Assembly (NCBI RefSeq): GCF_009914755.1
Contig: NC_060932.1
Reading direction: 5' to 3' (one strand)
Length of the DNA: 64,000 nt
Source of the DNA: the human T2T-CHM13v2.0 reference genome, Homo sapiens
Positions 1 through 17,904 of this stretch are shown here, in pieces. Position 1 is the first letter of the stretch, and every line of letters starts with the position of its first letter. The position numbers were made by a program, and so were the translations under genes. The notes under the pieces are model-generated. The model saw only the letters and a list, made by a program, of their open reading frames with translations. It did no database searches and was not told where the DNA came from.

Positions 1-1510
1 GCAGCTGTCGTGTCCCTAGGTGCAAGCTGGACCAGTGCCCAGCCTCCCCGATGGCCTTCTTAGGGCCCACCCTGCAAACCTCTGCTTTATCTTCCAGATA
101 CAACCTCACCCATGAAGGGAAGGCCACGCCTGCATCCCTTAGGGTCAGAAGCCAAGACGCCCTGCAGGCTCTGCACCTGACTCTGGAGCCTAAGATCCCT
201 AGAAGCAGGGCAGTGCTGCCTCCCTACAGCTTAGTCCTGCCCATGGTGGGTCCTTGGTTCAGCCATTCATTCATTCCCTCCCCTCCCCCCTGCCCCATGT
301 CATAGACAGGCTGGCTGGGCCCTATGCCGGGGCTGGGCCAAATCCTGCATGTGCAGAAGGATCCCGTGAGAGCCTGCCCACAGCAAGGTCGGTCAGAAGG
401 GATGGCTGAGGCACAAGGGGCGGGGTTTACAGCCCAGGTGGGGGCAGCAGCGTGGGGTGCAGGAGCCCAGAGGGAGGGTGCAGGGCCATCCAGCAAGGCC
501 AGCCTGCAGAAGGCCGTTCCTGCCCAGTCCAGGTGCAGAGCCTTACTAGGACCTGGGAGAGCAAAGGGACAGGCAAGGTCATACCTGCGGGGGTGTGGGG
601 CTCCTCTGCTGGGCCTAGACGTTGAGTTCATACCCCTTTGCCAGGTTGGGAGAGGGCATCGGCTGGGGACAAAGCGGGTCAAGCAGGTATGAGATTACCC
701 TTGGATCTCTTCCTCCTGCAGCTTGGAGGATGCCAGCAGGGGCCGGCGTTGAGGAGGCCCTCGGGTGGCATCACCAGCATGGCTCTGAGGGTCTCTATTT
801 CCAGAGCTCTGCATCTGTGAGCTCAGGCACCCCACCCAGTCAGCGAGGGAGAAGGCAGGCCGCTCCTCAGTGGACACATGCCAGTGGCCTCAGGTCCCAT
901 TGCTCCACCTCTCGCAGTGGAAGGCCACCCCCAATGTGCTGAGTCCACTCAGCAGAAGGGAAGCGCTTTCCCTGAGCTTGCAGGACTCGGCCCAGAGCCC
1001 GGTGCTTAGAGGGCTCTGTGAGCCTTTGGGCCCAGGGGGCCTGTAGACGCCTCTGGAGGCTGGAATGTCCGTGGAAAGCACCACCTTGCTGATTCTGCCG
1101 CAGAGGCTGGGCTGGCATGTGGGCTGGGGCTTGTCCTAACACTGGGACCCTGGCAGGTCTCTGGGGTTGCAGGCAGGAAGCAGGTAAGGCTTCCACACTA
1201 CAGCCTGTATGAGGTTGTGTAAGGTAAAGCATTCATGTATTCATTTGCTCGGCAAGTATTCATTTACTTCCTACATGCTGGACACTGTGCTGGGTATTTG
1301 CCACAGTGGCCTTGACTGGCATCCACAGGGCCAGCAGCTTAAGGGCACACAGCCTGGGGGCCATGGGGGTGGTAAGAATGTGGGCCTGAGGTGGTGGGAA
1401 ATGGCTCCTGCACGGAAAACATGCTTCCCGTAGTCCCAGGCAGCTTAGAAGACCTACTGATGAGCATCGAAACAGAATCCTGCTCCTAAGCCTGGCTGTG
1501 CTCTCCCAGT

Positions 1511-3620
1511 GTGAGGTCTTTGGTTGCCGTCCATGTCATTGTCCTCCTCCTTACCACAGGGGCCCTGGGCAGCCAACCTTGGCAATACTCATGCAGATCT
1601 AATGAAACCATGCCCACAGACACCGTCTGTGCCCCTGCCTGGCTACCTCATGCCTGTGCCTGGTTGGAGGCTGCACATCTTTGGCTGGGGTTTGCTCTTG
1701 GCCTGGATTCCATTTTCTCCCAGCAAGGTAGGTGTGTAGAGGGGGTGTTTTTCTAGCACTGATGCAGTGGCTGGCATGTTTCTTCATACATGGCATGTGG
1801 CATTAGCAATTTAAATCTCCACCTCTGGGTGTGATTTTTAGCATTAAAATGAGGAAGGGGTAACTCCAGGTTGAAATTTAGGTCTAACTACACATGTGGG
1901 GCTTCAGGGAAGTCCCTAGCCCCCTGCTTCAGGGGGCTGATTGGCTGAAAGTTAGGTGAGCTAGAGCTTGAGTAAGGGGCTTTGTTTTTCTCCCCTAGGC
2001 CAGATCACCACAGGAAGCCAGCCAGCCTGCTTCATTCCCCCTGAGAGATTTCATCTTCATTTTAAGGGGTTTTGGGCAAAGGTCTCTTCTTCTGGAGCTA
2101 CTTCCTGCTGAGGCGAGTGTCATTCCTATATCCTTTACCTTTACCTGAGAGGAATGGAACTCCTTTCAGCTTAAGGGGACAATCTGCTAGGGCTGAGGGC
2201 TTCTGGAACACACTGGAAGCACTGCACGGTCAGTAACATTGTTGCAATCTAGAAGACAAAAGTTTTCCCAGGAAGTTAAACAAGCATGGTCCAAAAATCA
2301 AAAGAAGGATAGCCGCTGATGGTCCTAAGGAAGGAAGAAACCAACTTGTAGAGAGAGAGGTGATGAGGCAGCATTCGGAACTGACTCCTCTGCTGGGCTC
2401 CCTTTACCAGAGAGTGTGGCCACATTGTCTGATTGTAGATTGCTTGGATGTTCACCTCTGCTTGCCCTGTAGTATTTATCTAAGCATGGCAGGAGGTGTT
2501 GGTGACTATGCATACACCTCCTTGTTCTGCCGTTAGGTAATCAAGGGCCAATGGTTACCCAACACCACGTTATCGAGAGAACTGAGGGAGGGCTTCACAC
2601 CTTCTAGAGCCTGCCCAGTCTGATCCACTACATGACCAATCTGCCATGTCAGGCCTCCCCAAGGGGCTGGTAGACCAATAGTCAGGCCTATTCCCACTGG
2701 CACCATGCCAAGGCCTTACCTTGCTCAGACAGTGGCCTGATGTTGGGAGGTGCAGTTGTGGTTACTCCGTTTATCCCCATCGATCCCAAGGCACATTCAC
2801 CTGTGAATCACACATTGGCTCTGCAGGAATAGGCCTGAGCCAACAGAGGAAAAGTATAAGGAAAGCAGGCAGTGGACCACAGGAGGTTATTAGGGTGGCC
2901 TCGAGGGAAAACAATTCCAAGAGGAGCCCAAATTCGAATGTCCCTGGTGTCATTGAGAATGGAGAGGTTCAGGTTATGAATTGTGCAGCTGGGGGTATCA
3001 AGCCAGGGTCCTGATGATGGTCTGCATATCCCCTGGTGTCATTGAGAATGGAGAGTTCAGGTTATGAAATGTGCAGTTGGGGGTATCAAGCCAGGGTCCT
3101 GAAGATAGTCTGCATATCCCCTGGTATATATCATTTATATAAGGATGTTACTTAACTATTGCTGTCTTCCAGAGGCAGCTTCTTGAACAAATACTTGAGG
3201 TCCTCTATAGGTTTATGGGAGTAGACTGTTTTCTCCAAGCAGGCCTGTCGTCCATCAGGAGAAGCAAAAGGTTTTATTCTAGAGACAAGTCCTTCCAACT
3301 GTACAGCTGATGGAGTGGCCAAGGAAACCTGGTATGGACCCTTTCATTTCTCAGTGAACTGAGCCTCTGGGCTTCCTTTTCGCCATGTCTTGAGTAGGAC
3401 CTGTGCACCTGGGCTAGCAGGGAAATGATCTGAAACTCCATGACCCGGCTGAGGTCACATCTTATTATCATATTGGAAGATGGCCTGCTGAACTTGTCCC
3501 AAGTTAATGATGTATTTTACAGCCTGATTTAACTCTTCGTCTAGAAGAAAGTGGCTAGGAAGAGGCTAGCAATAAGAGGAGTGGGTTGGGATCCTGTTGG
3601 CATCCTATGTCACGCTTAGA
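1511..3620 (-). mobile_element. Decayed ERV1 (gamma-like) provirus 3' portion: LTR-like segment (~1511-2035), env TM remnant (~2240-2580), integrase C-terminus (~3270-3410)
   Basis: Reverse strand translates to ISD-like DNVVLGNH/LALDYLTAEQGGVCIVTNTSC, TM-like WFLP/FLGPSAAILLLIFGPCLFN/VSSRLQQ, and IN C-term VLLKTWRKGSPEAQFTEK*KGPYQV. Frameshifts and stops throughout. Boundaries approximate. Confidence 0.75.
2942..3125. repeat. Tandem duplication, 2 copies of a ~89-bp unit, inside the ERV
   Basis: ccctggtgtcattgagaatggagag...gtctgcatatc occurs at ~2942 and ~3031 with only a few differences. Confidence 0.9.
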
Positions 3621-5341
3621 CAACGATGCTCGCCTAGAAACTCAGGTTAGAGGCTCGGCCCACAAGGTTAGATGCCCTGGGGTATATCTGGAACAATGGA
3701 ATCTCTTTGCAAGATGTTTGTCAGTGTGTGATCTGAACTAATCCACCTTGTGCCCTCTGCTGGGGATGGGAAAGCTCTACTTCTCATCATTTCCCAGCTC
3801 ATTGCTTTGCTGTACAGCAGCCTTGGGGCAGCCCCGAATGGCTGGTCCAGAGGTTTCCACCTTCCAGTGGTGGATTCTAATGTTCTTTATGTGTTTCTCT
3901 CTGTTCTTCTCTGCCTGCTTTGGATCGGCTGTTACTAAGCTGCTGCCGAGTGGCAACTCTGCTTATCTCACGGTGTTGAGGTGAGACTCACTGCTTTTGG
4001 TATTACTGATTCAAGGCTACTTAGAGATTGTCTTTTCTTGTACAGTTCAGCCAGTTCTGGCTAAAATGTATACATTAAAAACTCATTTAAAACTGAAGAA
4101 AAAAGTGATGAAAAGGTTTTTTTTTTTTTCTTAAAACCAAACTTCCTTAAAGACTACTTTACCAAAACTTTGGTCCACAGCTTTCCTTGGATTGCTTGTA
4201 TGTCTGGGTCAATTAAGAAAAGTTTATGCTCTGGGAAACATGTTTCTAGAATTGCGGGTCTTATCTATAAAGTGCTAACATCTGGCAAACAGTGTAGGAT
4301 CTCTTGCTTCCTCGGTTTTCAGACTCACAGATGAATGAGTGCCCTTAGCTGTCCCTTCCCATCCCTTCCCATCCCTTCCCGCTCCGGTTTCCTGTATGCA
4401 ATGTGCTCAGCCTTCCGAGCCCTGGGAGAAGCAGGGATTCTCATGCTTCTTTATGTTCCCCTAGGGACTAGGGGTTAGCAGTCCTCACCCCAATGTGTGA
4501 GGTCCTTTGGGCTCTATCTGCTGGGGAGCCTGGAGCCAGGGATCCTCCAGGTCAGCCACTACCCGGTTGCATGGGGCTTTTCGGCCTTTAGGGGCCCAGG
4601 GTTGCAGTGACACCCCAATGGAGAGCCTGTTTGAGTCTCAGAGGGATATTTGCCAGCACATACTGCTAGGTCCCTCTTGTCCCCTTTGTCAGCTGTGTAT
4701 TTGCTGTCTGTGCCTCATTAGTGACATCTGTCATCCTGAGCTTGCATGCTCTGAAGTTTACACCTGCCATTTTCCTTCTGGTCCTGGTGATTTTCATTCT
4801 TTGGGCTATTTAATTTGGCATCTCTCTGGGCAATGTTGGAGGCCAAAAGCCTCCCAGGAACTAGTCTTATTGAGAAGAAAAATAATTTTGTCTAATTCAG
4901 AAGTTATCTAAAGGTCAATTCAAATGATGAACTTGAAAACAGTTACTTACAAAACAAGTTAGAAAAGAGCCAGTAAGTAGGGGAGCGAGAGATGTGAATA
5001 AAAGTTATGAATATGAAGATGTATTTTTGGTAAGGAAGGTTATCAAGAAAAGAGAATAACGTTGTATGAAAAAGGATCTTGTATGGTAAATTTTTGTCCT
5101 AAAATAAAATGGCTGATTATTTAGGAAAGAGGGAAAGTTTGGGCAAGGCAGAAAGTCCAAGCATGTCTTCAATGATCTGTGTATGTCAGGGTCAAGTTCA
5201 TGAAGGGGAATTTATGAAAGAAATTTCGTATGTAATTAAGTTGGTTATTATTAAAAGGAAGCCACTTATAATAGTCTTTCTAAAAATTGGTCTCCTATGT
5301 TAAAACAAAATGTTCTTAAGGCACTGATTTGCTCTTAATGA

Positions 5342-5672
<331 letters not shown>

Positions 5673-5712
5673 AACTTTCACTTTTATAAACTGTTTCTCT
5701 CGAAAACTTCTC

Positions 5713-7230
5713 TTTTTTTTTAAATTTTTTTAGTATTTATTGATCATTCTTGGGTGTTTCTCGGAGAGGGGGATTTGGCAGGGTCATAGGACAATAGTGG
5801 AGAGAAGGTCAGCAGATAAACATGTGAACAAAGGTCTCTGGTTTTCCTAGGCAGAGGACCCTGCGGCCTTCCGCAGTGTTTGTGTCCCTGGGTACTTGAG
5901 ATTAGGGAGTGGTGATGACTCTTAACGAGCATGCTGCCTTCAAGCATCTGTTTAACAAAGCACATCTTGCACCGCCCTTAATCCATTTAACCCTGAGTGG
6001 ACACAGCACATGTTTCAGAGAGCACGGGGTTAGGGGTAAGGTTATAGATTAGCAGCATCCCAAGGCAGAAGGATTTTTCTTAGTACAGAACAAAATGGAG
6101 TCTCCTATGTCTACTTCTTTCTACACAGACACAGTAACAATCTGATCTCTCTTTCTTTTCCCCACATTTCCCCCTTTTCTATTCGACAAAACCGCCATCG
6201 TCATCATGGCCCGTTCTCAATGAGCTGTTGGGTACACCTCCCAGAGGGGATGGTGGCCGGGCAGAGGGGCCCCTCACTTCCCAGAAGTGGCGGCCGGGCA
6301 GAGGGGCCCCCCACCTCCCAGACGGGGTGGCTGCCGGGCGGGGGCGCCCCCCACCTCCCAGACGGGGTGGCCGGGCAGAGACGCTCCTCACTTCCCAGAC
6401 GGGGCAGCTGCCGGGAGGAGGGGCTCCTCGCTTCTCAGACGGGGCAGCCGGGCAGAGGAGCTCCTCAGTTCCCAGACGGGGTGGTGGCCAGGTAGAGACG
6501 CTCTTCACTTCCCAGACAGGGCGGCCGGGCAGAGGCGCTCCTCACATCCCAGACGGGGCAGCTGGGCAGAGGTGCTCCCCACATCCCAGAAGATGGGTGG
6601 CCAGGCAGAGATGCTCCTCACTTCCTAGATGGGACGACGGCAGGGAAGAGGCGCTCCTCACTTCCCAGACTGGGCGGCCGGGCAGAGGGGCTCCTCACAT
6701 CCCAGACGATGGGCGGCCAGGCAGAGACGCTCCTCACTTCCTAGACGGGGTGGCGGCCGGGCAGAGGCTGCAATCTCAGCACTTTGGGAGACCAAGGCAG
6801 GTGGCTGGGAGGTGGAGGTTGTAGCGAGCCGAGATCACGCACTGCACTCCAGCCTGGGCAACATTGAGCACTGAGTGAGCGAGACTCTGTCTGCAATCCC
6901 GGCACCTCGGGAGGCTGAGGCAGGCAGATCACTCGAGGTCAGGAGCTGGAGACCAGCCCGGCCAATAGGGCGAAACCCCGTCTCCACCAAAAAAATACAA
7001 AAACCAGTCAGGCGTGGTGGCGCGCGCCTGCAATCCCAGGCACTCGGCAGGCTGAGGCAGGAGAATCAGGCAGGGAGGTTGCAGTGAGCCGAGATCGCGG
7101 CAGTACAGTCCAGCCTTGGCAACAGAGGGAGACCGTTGAAAGCGGGAGACGGAGACGAGGGAGAGGGGGAGACCGTGGAAAGCGGGAGATGGAGACGACG
7201 GAGAGGGAGAGGGAGAAGGAGAGGCAGAGG
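5713..7230 (-). mobile_element. Full-length SVA retrotransposon (older, SVA_A-like)
   Basis: Order on + strand: poly-T, SINE-R (HERV-K LTR/env-derived, ~5730-6230), GC-rich VNTR (cacttcccagacgggg units), Alu-like region, GGGAGA hexamers. TSD aaaacttctc at 5703-5712 and 7234-7243. Confidence 0.95.
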
Positions 7231-7537
7231 CTCAAAACTTCTCAGATCCATATTTCAGTATTTCAGACATTCCATTTTTTCTGTCTCACTGCTTTCAGCT
7301 TTTTCCCCCTTGAGCAGGCCTGAGATGATGACCTTCTCCTTCAGCATTTTTTTGTCGGCTCCTGCACCCCTTTTTTCCTCCAGTTTTAACTGTTGGAATG
7401 ACCTGATGCTAATGTTTTATCTTGAAGGTCTAGAAAAGCAATGTTTTCTTCTAGTATAAGTTGATTTTATATTCTTGGCTTTTCTTGCTGTGTCTAAATT
7501 TTCAGTGTAATCAGAAAACTTCTCATGCTGTTCCTAA

Positions 7538-8003
<466 letters not shown>

Positions 8004-8187
8004 TATCAGCTGGCTTTTTTTAAAAATGCAAGATTTTATATTTTATCAAGATAATTCTTATGCTGTCTTTATTAGGTTTTCTATTGAAAAAAAAAACCCT
8101 GAAATTTAAAAGGCTTAAGGTTTTTACATCCATATGACTTTCTGTATTGCTCGTAATGTCTTCTTTATTATTACTCTTGGTTAAATG

Positions 8188-9149
8188 TGTGGGGAAAAGA
8201 AAGAGAGATCAGACTGTTACTGTGTCTATGTAGAAAGAAGTAGACATAAGAAGCTCCATTTTGTTCTGTACTAAGAAATATTCTTCTGCCTTGAGATGCT
8301 GTTAATCTGCAACCCTACCCCCAACCCTGTGCTCACAGAGACATGTGCTGTATCGACTCAAGGTTTAATGGATTTAGGGTGCAGGATGTGCTTTGTTAAA
8401 CAAGTGCTTGAAGGCAGTTTGCTTGTTAAAAGTCATCACCACTCTCTAATCTCAAGTACCCAGGGACACAATACACTGCGGAAGGCCGCAGGGACCTCTG
8501 CCGAGGAAAACCAGGTATTGTCCAGGGTTTCTCCCCATGTGATAATCTGAGATATTGCCTCGTGGGAAGGGAAAGACCTGACCGTCCCCCAGCCCGACAC
8601 CCATAAAGGGTCTGTGCTGAGGAGGATTAGTAAAAGAGGAAGGCCTCTTTGCAGCTGAGATAAGAGGAAGGCATCTGTCTCCTGCTCGTCCCTGGGCAAT
8701 GGAAGGTCTCGGTGTAAAACCCGATTGTATGTTCCACCTACTGAGATCGGAGAAAACCGCCTTAAGGCAGGAGGTGAGACATGCTGGCAGCAATACTGCT
8801 CTTTAATGCACTGAGATGTTTATGTATGTGCACATCAAAGAACAGCACCTATTCTTAAACTTGTTTATGACACAGAGACATTTGTTCACATGTTTTCCTG
8901 CTGACCCTCTCCCCATTATCGCCCTATTGTCCTGCCACATCCCCCTCTCCGAGATGGTAGAGATAATGGTCAATAAATACTGAGGGAAGTCAGAGACCGC
9001 AGGTGCGGGTCCTCCTTATGCTAAGCGCCGGTCCCCTGGGCCCATTATTGTTTCTCTATACTTTGTCTCTGTGTCTCTTTCTTTTCTCAGTCTCTCATCC
9101 CATGTGACGAGAAACACCCACAGGTGTGGAGGGGCAGGCCACCCCTTCA
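8188..9149 (+). mobile_element. HERV-K(HML-2) solo LTR (LTR5, LTR5A/B-type end)
   Basis: Begins tgtggggaaaagaaagagagatcagactgttactgtg and ends ggccaccccttca (962 bp). Internal AATAAA near 8972. 5-bp TSD aaatg at 8183-8187 and 9150-9154. Confidence 0.95.
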
Positions 9150-10659
9150 AAATGAATAACTGTTACAATGACCTGTGATTCTGTTTTGATCAAATGTTTT
9201 GAGCCTTTTAACATCTTTAACAAATATTCTCAAAATCAAAATCCTAAATTAAGTCTCCGATTTAGTGTCCTCGCTGGGGCTTATTAAACCTATAAAAATT
9301 AATCTCTGTGAGGTTATAAAATCTTTGTATAGCTTCCAGGTAGACCATGAACTCCAGTATCACCACCTCCAGCCTGATAATTATATATTGGAAGAAAATT
9401 AGTTAAAGGATTCCCTTCAGCCCCCTTGAAACTGCCCTTATCAGGAGTTGTTAGCTAATCCTTGTGCTCAGTTAATAACCTGTTGCAGGCCCTTGACTCC
9501 TGGGCACACATGTCTAAAGAAGGCACTGACTTCCACCAGTATCTGACAAAAACTCAAGTTAACTGAAGGCTCGTCTTTAGACCTGGGCAAAGGGGACAAC
9601 GTAAACTGCTTTCATGAGACACAAGGACAGGCCTGTATTCCAAAACATTATGATTCATTTCATAATTTTGCCTTTATCTGAAATAATATAATTTGTTCTA
9701 TGCCTTTATACTAAATAATTTAAATGTTTAACTTATTTCCTGGCATTCTCAAAATTAGATAGGGCTTATGACCTTTTCTTTAAAATGTTGTTAATTCTTT
9801 ATGTTTTCTTTTACCTCCAAAATTTACTCCCACCAGGCCCAGGGAGTGTCATAAGTGTTTTCAGGGCCAGTTTTGAGGAATAAAATGAGTGCAAACCTTC
9901 CAAATAAAGGACAGGCACACAAATGCCTAAATGGCTGAACAAAGTGCTTGTGTTTTGTGTAGCTAATTGCCGCAAACCATGATGACAGTAGCTCATACAC
10001 AGAATGTATAAAGAAGCCAATTTTGTAACCTTGCCTTTTGGCTTTTGATTTTTGGTTCTCATGTTGCTGAAGGGGGTTTAAGATTAATGAGTGCCTGCCC
10101 ACCTACATTCCCATCTGGCCTAGAGTACTTCATTGGCTCTAAGTCTTTTGACTCAAAGTCCCTTGGCCACAGGAATTCCACCAAGGGGCATGATGGACCC
10201 AGGGCAGGTTGCCCACCACTCCCACTCCAGTGTCCACATGGGACAAAATAGAAGCATGGCTGTTGACACTGCCTCTGGCATACCTTGACAAAAAAGGAGG
10301 AAAATAAACGTAAATAAATAAATAAAATCCTAAGCACCCCCATCCCCAGCAGAATGGGGCCCCCTTAGGCCAAAAACCTGAAAAACTAGTTTAGGCCAGG
10401 AGGGGAAGTGGAGCTGGTAGTCAGAGGGCGGGGAAGGCATGGACAAGCCTCACTATACCTTTCCCCCACCTTGGAATTCAGGCACAACTGACCAGCATTA
10501 AAATTAAAAGAGGTCATAAGACTGACAAAACAGACTGGATCGAAGACCCTGCCAGGCAGGGATGAAGTTTGCACCCCAGGGTAGACAGAGGTGTAAGTTA
10601 CAGGAACGTTTTAAAATATGTTTGCGTCAGGACCACCTTCATGAATATTCATAGCTCCT

Positions 10660-11826
10660 CTGTTCAACCAGAAGACTTCATCTTATTAAAAACCTGGAAA
10701 GAAGGATCCTCTGAGGATCAGTTACAGCCAAGATGGAGGGGCTCATCAGGTATTGTTAAGCACCCCCATTGCCGTTAAACTTCAAGGACTCACTAGCTGG
10801 ATACACCTGTCTAAGATTAAGCCCGTTTCTTATGAGTCCCCACAGGCACCTGAGAAAGACACTATGGCCAACACCTGTGAACTCTTAGAATACCTAAAGC
10901 TGTTGTTTTGGAAATAAACAGATAACTAGCATCCTTAGTCCCTCCCTCCTACTCAGCCTCCTTAACAACTCTCATCCCATACAGGTTTGCACCCCCAGTG
11001 GATACCTATGGTCATGTGGTCACCTATTCAATCAGCATATAAATAGCTTATCTCTCATTTGGGACCATGAACTCAATGGTTACCAGCATATTGATAACAT
11101 TTGGTTCAGGGGTCAATGTACAACACCCTATAATGTACAATTATATACCATCACTTACCTGAGAGCTAAGTGGGCAATTCGCCTTATATTGGCTGGGGTT
11201 GAGGCTGCCATTGGCTTACCCACCCCATGGGGAAAATTTGCCTATTATGAGGCAACTCTTCAAAACTTTACTTCTTCATTCTACGCACTGTCTCATAAAA
11301 CAGGAGACACTTTAGAAACATTAAAACTCTCCCTTGATTCCTTTGCAGATATAATAATTGATGACAGATTAGCACGAGAGTATTATACTTATTGGTTGAA
11401 CAAGGAGTATGCACTATAAGTAATAAAACCTGCTGCACTTACGTAAACACCTCAGGTCAAATAGAAGAAGATGAACGTAAAATATATGAGCGAGCTGCCC
11501 AGTTGCATAAATACAACCAAGGCTGTGATCCTAACTATAGCTGGTCAACAATAAAAAGCACCCTCCTGAGTCTCACTTGGTTTTTGCCCTTCCTAGGACC
11601 TTTGATATTTATCTCATTATTAGTAATCTTTCGCCTTTGCTTGTTTAACTTAATGGTAAAGTTTGTGTCTTCTAGATTACAACAATTCCACATAAAGATT
11701 ATTCTGGCAACCCATCCCGTCTTCTGACCTTGGAAATAAAGACATCCTGCCTCAGGCCCCTTAGATCAGGCATCCAGAGATTTTTACACCTCCAATACTA
11801 GGCAAAGCATAAGCCCATAGAATCAT
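10660..11826 (+). mobile_element. ERV1 pol C-terminus plus env TM remnant, truncated before any 3' LTR
   Basis: ILLKTWKEGSSEDQLQPRWRG (integrase end). env TM with CX6CC motif CTISNKTCC and membrane span WFLPFLGPLIFISLLVIF...KFVSSRLQQF (ORFs 11189-11419 and 11392-11727, frameshifted). Confidence 0.85.
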
Positions 11827-13717
<1,891 letters not shown>

Positions 13718-14354
13718 GACGGGGTCGCACCCTGAGCGGAGGGGCTCCCGGGGTCCCCAGGGGTTATGGTGATGGCGGGACCCCCTAGAGGGAGGGTCCA
13801 GGAACGAGGCAGGTGGACTGGGACCTTGAGGGCAGGGTGGGCCTGGGCGGTGCCAACAGGCTGCCGAGGGTGGCTGCTGTCCCGTTTCTCCAGCAGCCAG
13901 GGCCGTGCGCTTCTAGAACATTCCCCGTGGCTTTCCTAAAGGGAGCGTGGATGGAGCCAGGGTGTGCAGATTTCTGTGAGAAATATTTTCACCTGGGAGC
14001 CCCAAGGGGGACCCTGCCCACCTTTGAACACTGGCAGATGGGCTGGAGGCCTGGAGCCTGGGGACGGGGCTTTGAGGGTCCGGAAGGAGGGCGGGGCTGT
14101 GCGGCCGGCGGAGGCCCCCGAAAGTTCCAGAAAGCGGGTGGGGAGGTCGGCGCGGGAGGCTCAGATGGCTGGAGGCGGCGGGCACGCACACTGCGGGCTC
14201 CGAGGGGCACAGGTCAGTTTCCTGAGGCGGGTCGGGACCCAGGCGTGAGACTGGAGTCTGCCCAGGGGCCCAGCTGAGGCAGCCTCCTCGTCAGCTGCTT
14301 GGGCCGCCAGGACGCCGCCGGGGGTGCGCCGCGCTTCCCTGGATGGGGTGCCCC

Positions 14355-14630
14355 CACTCCCCTCGGAGCCCCAGGGAGACCCCCCGAACTCAGCTCCTCT
14401 CAGGGGTGCCAGGGGGACCCCTCAAACTCCACTCCCCGCAGGTTCCTGGGGAGACGCCCCCTGCTCCATTCCCCTCAGGGTCCCAGGGAGACCCCCTAAT
14501 TCAGCTCCTCTCAGGGGTACTGGGGGACCTCTCGAGCTCCACTCCCATCAGGGTCCCAGGGAGACCCCCCAACTATGCTCAGGGGTCCCAGGGAGATGCC
14601 AGCACCCCAACTCCGCTTCCCTGGGGCCCC
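14355..14630. repeat. Degenerate GC-rich minisatellite (~35-40 bp units, ~7 copies)
   Basis: Recurrent ctccactcccctcagggtcccagggagacccccc and ctcagctcctctcaggggt motifs. Confidence 0.75.
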
Positions 14631-15229
14631 CCTCCCCTTACAGCTCAACTTCCCTCGAGAGTCTGGGGCTGGGGCTCCGTTCAGTTCTTGAGTCCCCTTC
14701 CCTCGGGGTGTCCCGGGGCCGCCCACCCCCACACTGTCTGTGATTCCCCAAGGCGCGGGTCTCGGGCCGCAGCCTGTTCCACGTTCTGCTGCTCGTTCTT
14801 TTCTGGCTCCTTGCTTTCGAAGGAGAGAAGGAGGCCTTCGTTTCCAGTCTTTTTGCCTTTTCTAATGGAGCCCTGCTTTTCCTTCCGTGTCCCTTCAGGC
14901 TACTTCTGCCAGGTTTCTATTTTTCATTCTTTATTATGACTTTGCCCAAAATATTCTTGACTTCTATTGAGAAGGATTTGGGGGTCTATTTCTTATTTGG
15001 AGGTGTGTTCTTAAGTTCCAAACAGATGAGGATTTTCCAGTTAATCCTTCTGGGGTGACTTATTGCTTAATGCCACCATAGTCAGAAAATGGACTCTCAG
15101 TGTCCGAAACTGCATTCGGCTCTGAAGTGTCTGTCCTTGTCACCTCTTGCAATGTTTTTTGCCTGGAAGCCTGCACTCGCCGACGCTGACGTAACTGTTT
15201 CTGCCTTTCAGTTCTACAGCCTCCTTTGC

Positions 15230-15720
15230 TTTGTGATATTGTCATATACTTTATTTCTATATATGTTATGAACTCAATATTTCTTGTAGTGGGTCTGCTG
15301 ATAATAAGATATTCCTACTCTTTTTGTCTGAAGCCATCTTAAGCTTACCCTGTATTTGCCCCATGCATCTCTTCCGTTTCACGGTTCCTGAGTTGTCACC
15401 TTTGTGATAAACTGGTAATAGTAAGTAAACTGTTTTCTTGTGCTCTGTAAGCTGTTCTAGCAAATTATCTAGGAGGAGGTGGTCTTGGAAACCCTTGATT
15501 TATAACTGGGCAGTCAGAAGTACACGTGGCCCAGACTTGTGATTGGCATCTGAAGTGGGGGCATTAGGGTGGGACTGAGCCCTTCACCTGTGGGGTCTGC
15601 CCTGCTCAAGGCAGTGTCAGAATTGAATTGAAATGTTGGACGGTCAGTGTCCAGAGAGTTGGAGAACTGGTTTGTGTGTAAAAACTCACATATTTAGGGT
15701 CAGAAGTATGGTGGTGTAGA
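15230..15720 (+). mobile_element. MER21-like LTR fragment
   Basis: Characteristic tagcaaattat...gatttataactgggcagtcagaagtac...gattggcatctgaagtgggg...gactgagccct motifs. Confidence 0.6.
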
Positions 15721-16133
15721 AATAATTCATACTATAGTCCCTTATTTCTGCCTCTTACACATCCTGTTATTTTTAAAATTTTTTCATCTTTAAAAAATCA
15801 ATTTAGTAATCTTTTTCTCTTTAATGCTCTCATTAGAATTTTTAAAGTACTTGTATGCTAATGTCAACATTTGAGTGAACTGTGGGTTTATTTCTATTGT
15901 TGTTTTATTGATTAGCAATAATTTATTCCTAATTCTTACATATCCTGTGATGTTTTTATTGAACATCTTGCGTTGCGTACAAAATAGCTGGAAAGCTTGG
16001 AGGTGGTTGTATGTTACTACTGGGGATGTGTGCCCTCTCCTCTCTCCAGGAGCCTGTGGGAAGGCCTGGACTACTGGCTTGCTCAAAGGTGGAGGCCAAG
16101 TGGGATGCTTGCAGCTTCAACCTGACCCTGGCT

Positions 16134-17904
<1,771 letters not shown>

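Noticed and set aside
1113-1136. Possible p53 response element upstream of GML (TGGCATGTGG...GGGCTTGTCC)
   Set aside because: Only one half-site is perfect and the other has three mismatches. Expected by chance in GC-rich DNA.
1-1500. Multiple overlapping ORFs in GC-rich unique sequence
   Set aside because: No Ly6 cysteine pattern, P450 similarity or coherent exon structure that I can recognise.
6228-6824. 198-aa repetitive ORF
   Set aside because: Translation of the SVA VNTR on the antisense strand.
11392-11727. env TM ORF as a possible syncytin-like domesticated gene
   Set aside because: No signal peptide or SU, frameshift within the immunosuppressive domain, and non-ATG start.
14355-14630. 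Repeat-spacer-like pattern suggestive of CRISPR
   Set aside because: Degenerate tandem units without unique spacers, in eukaryotic DNA with no cas genes.
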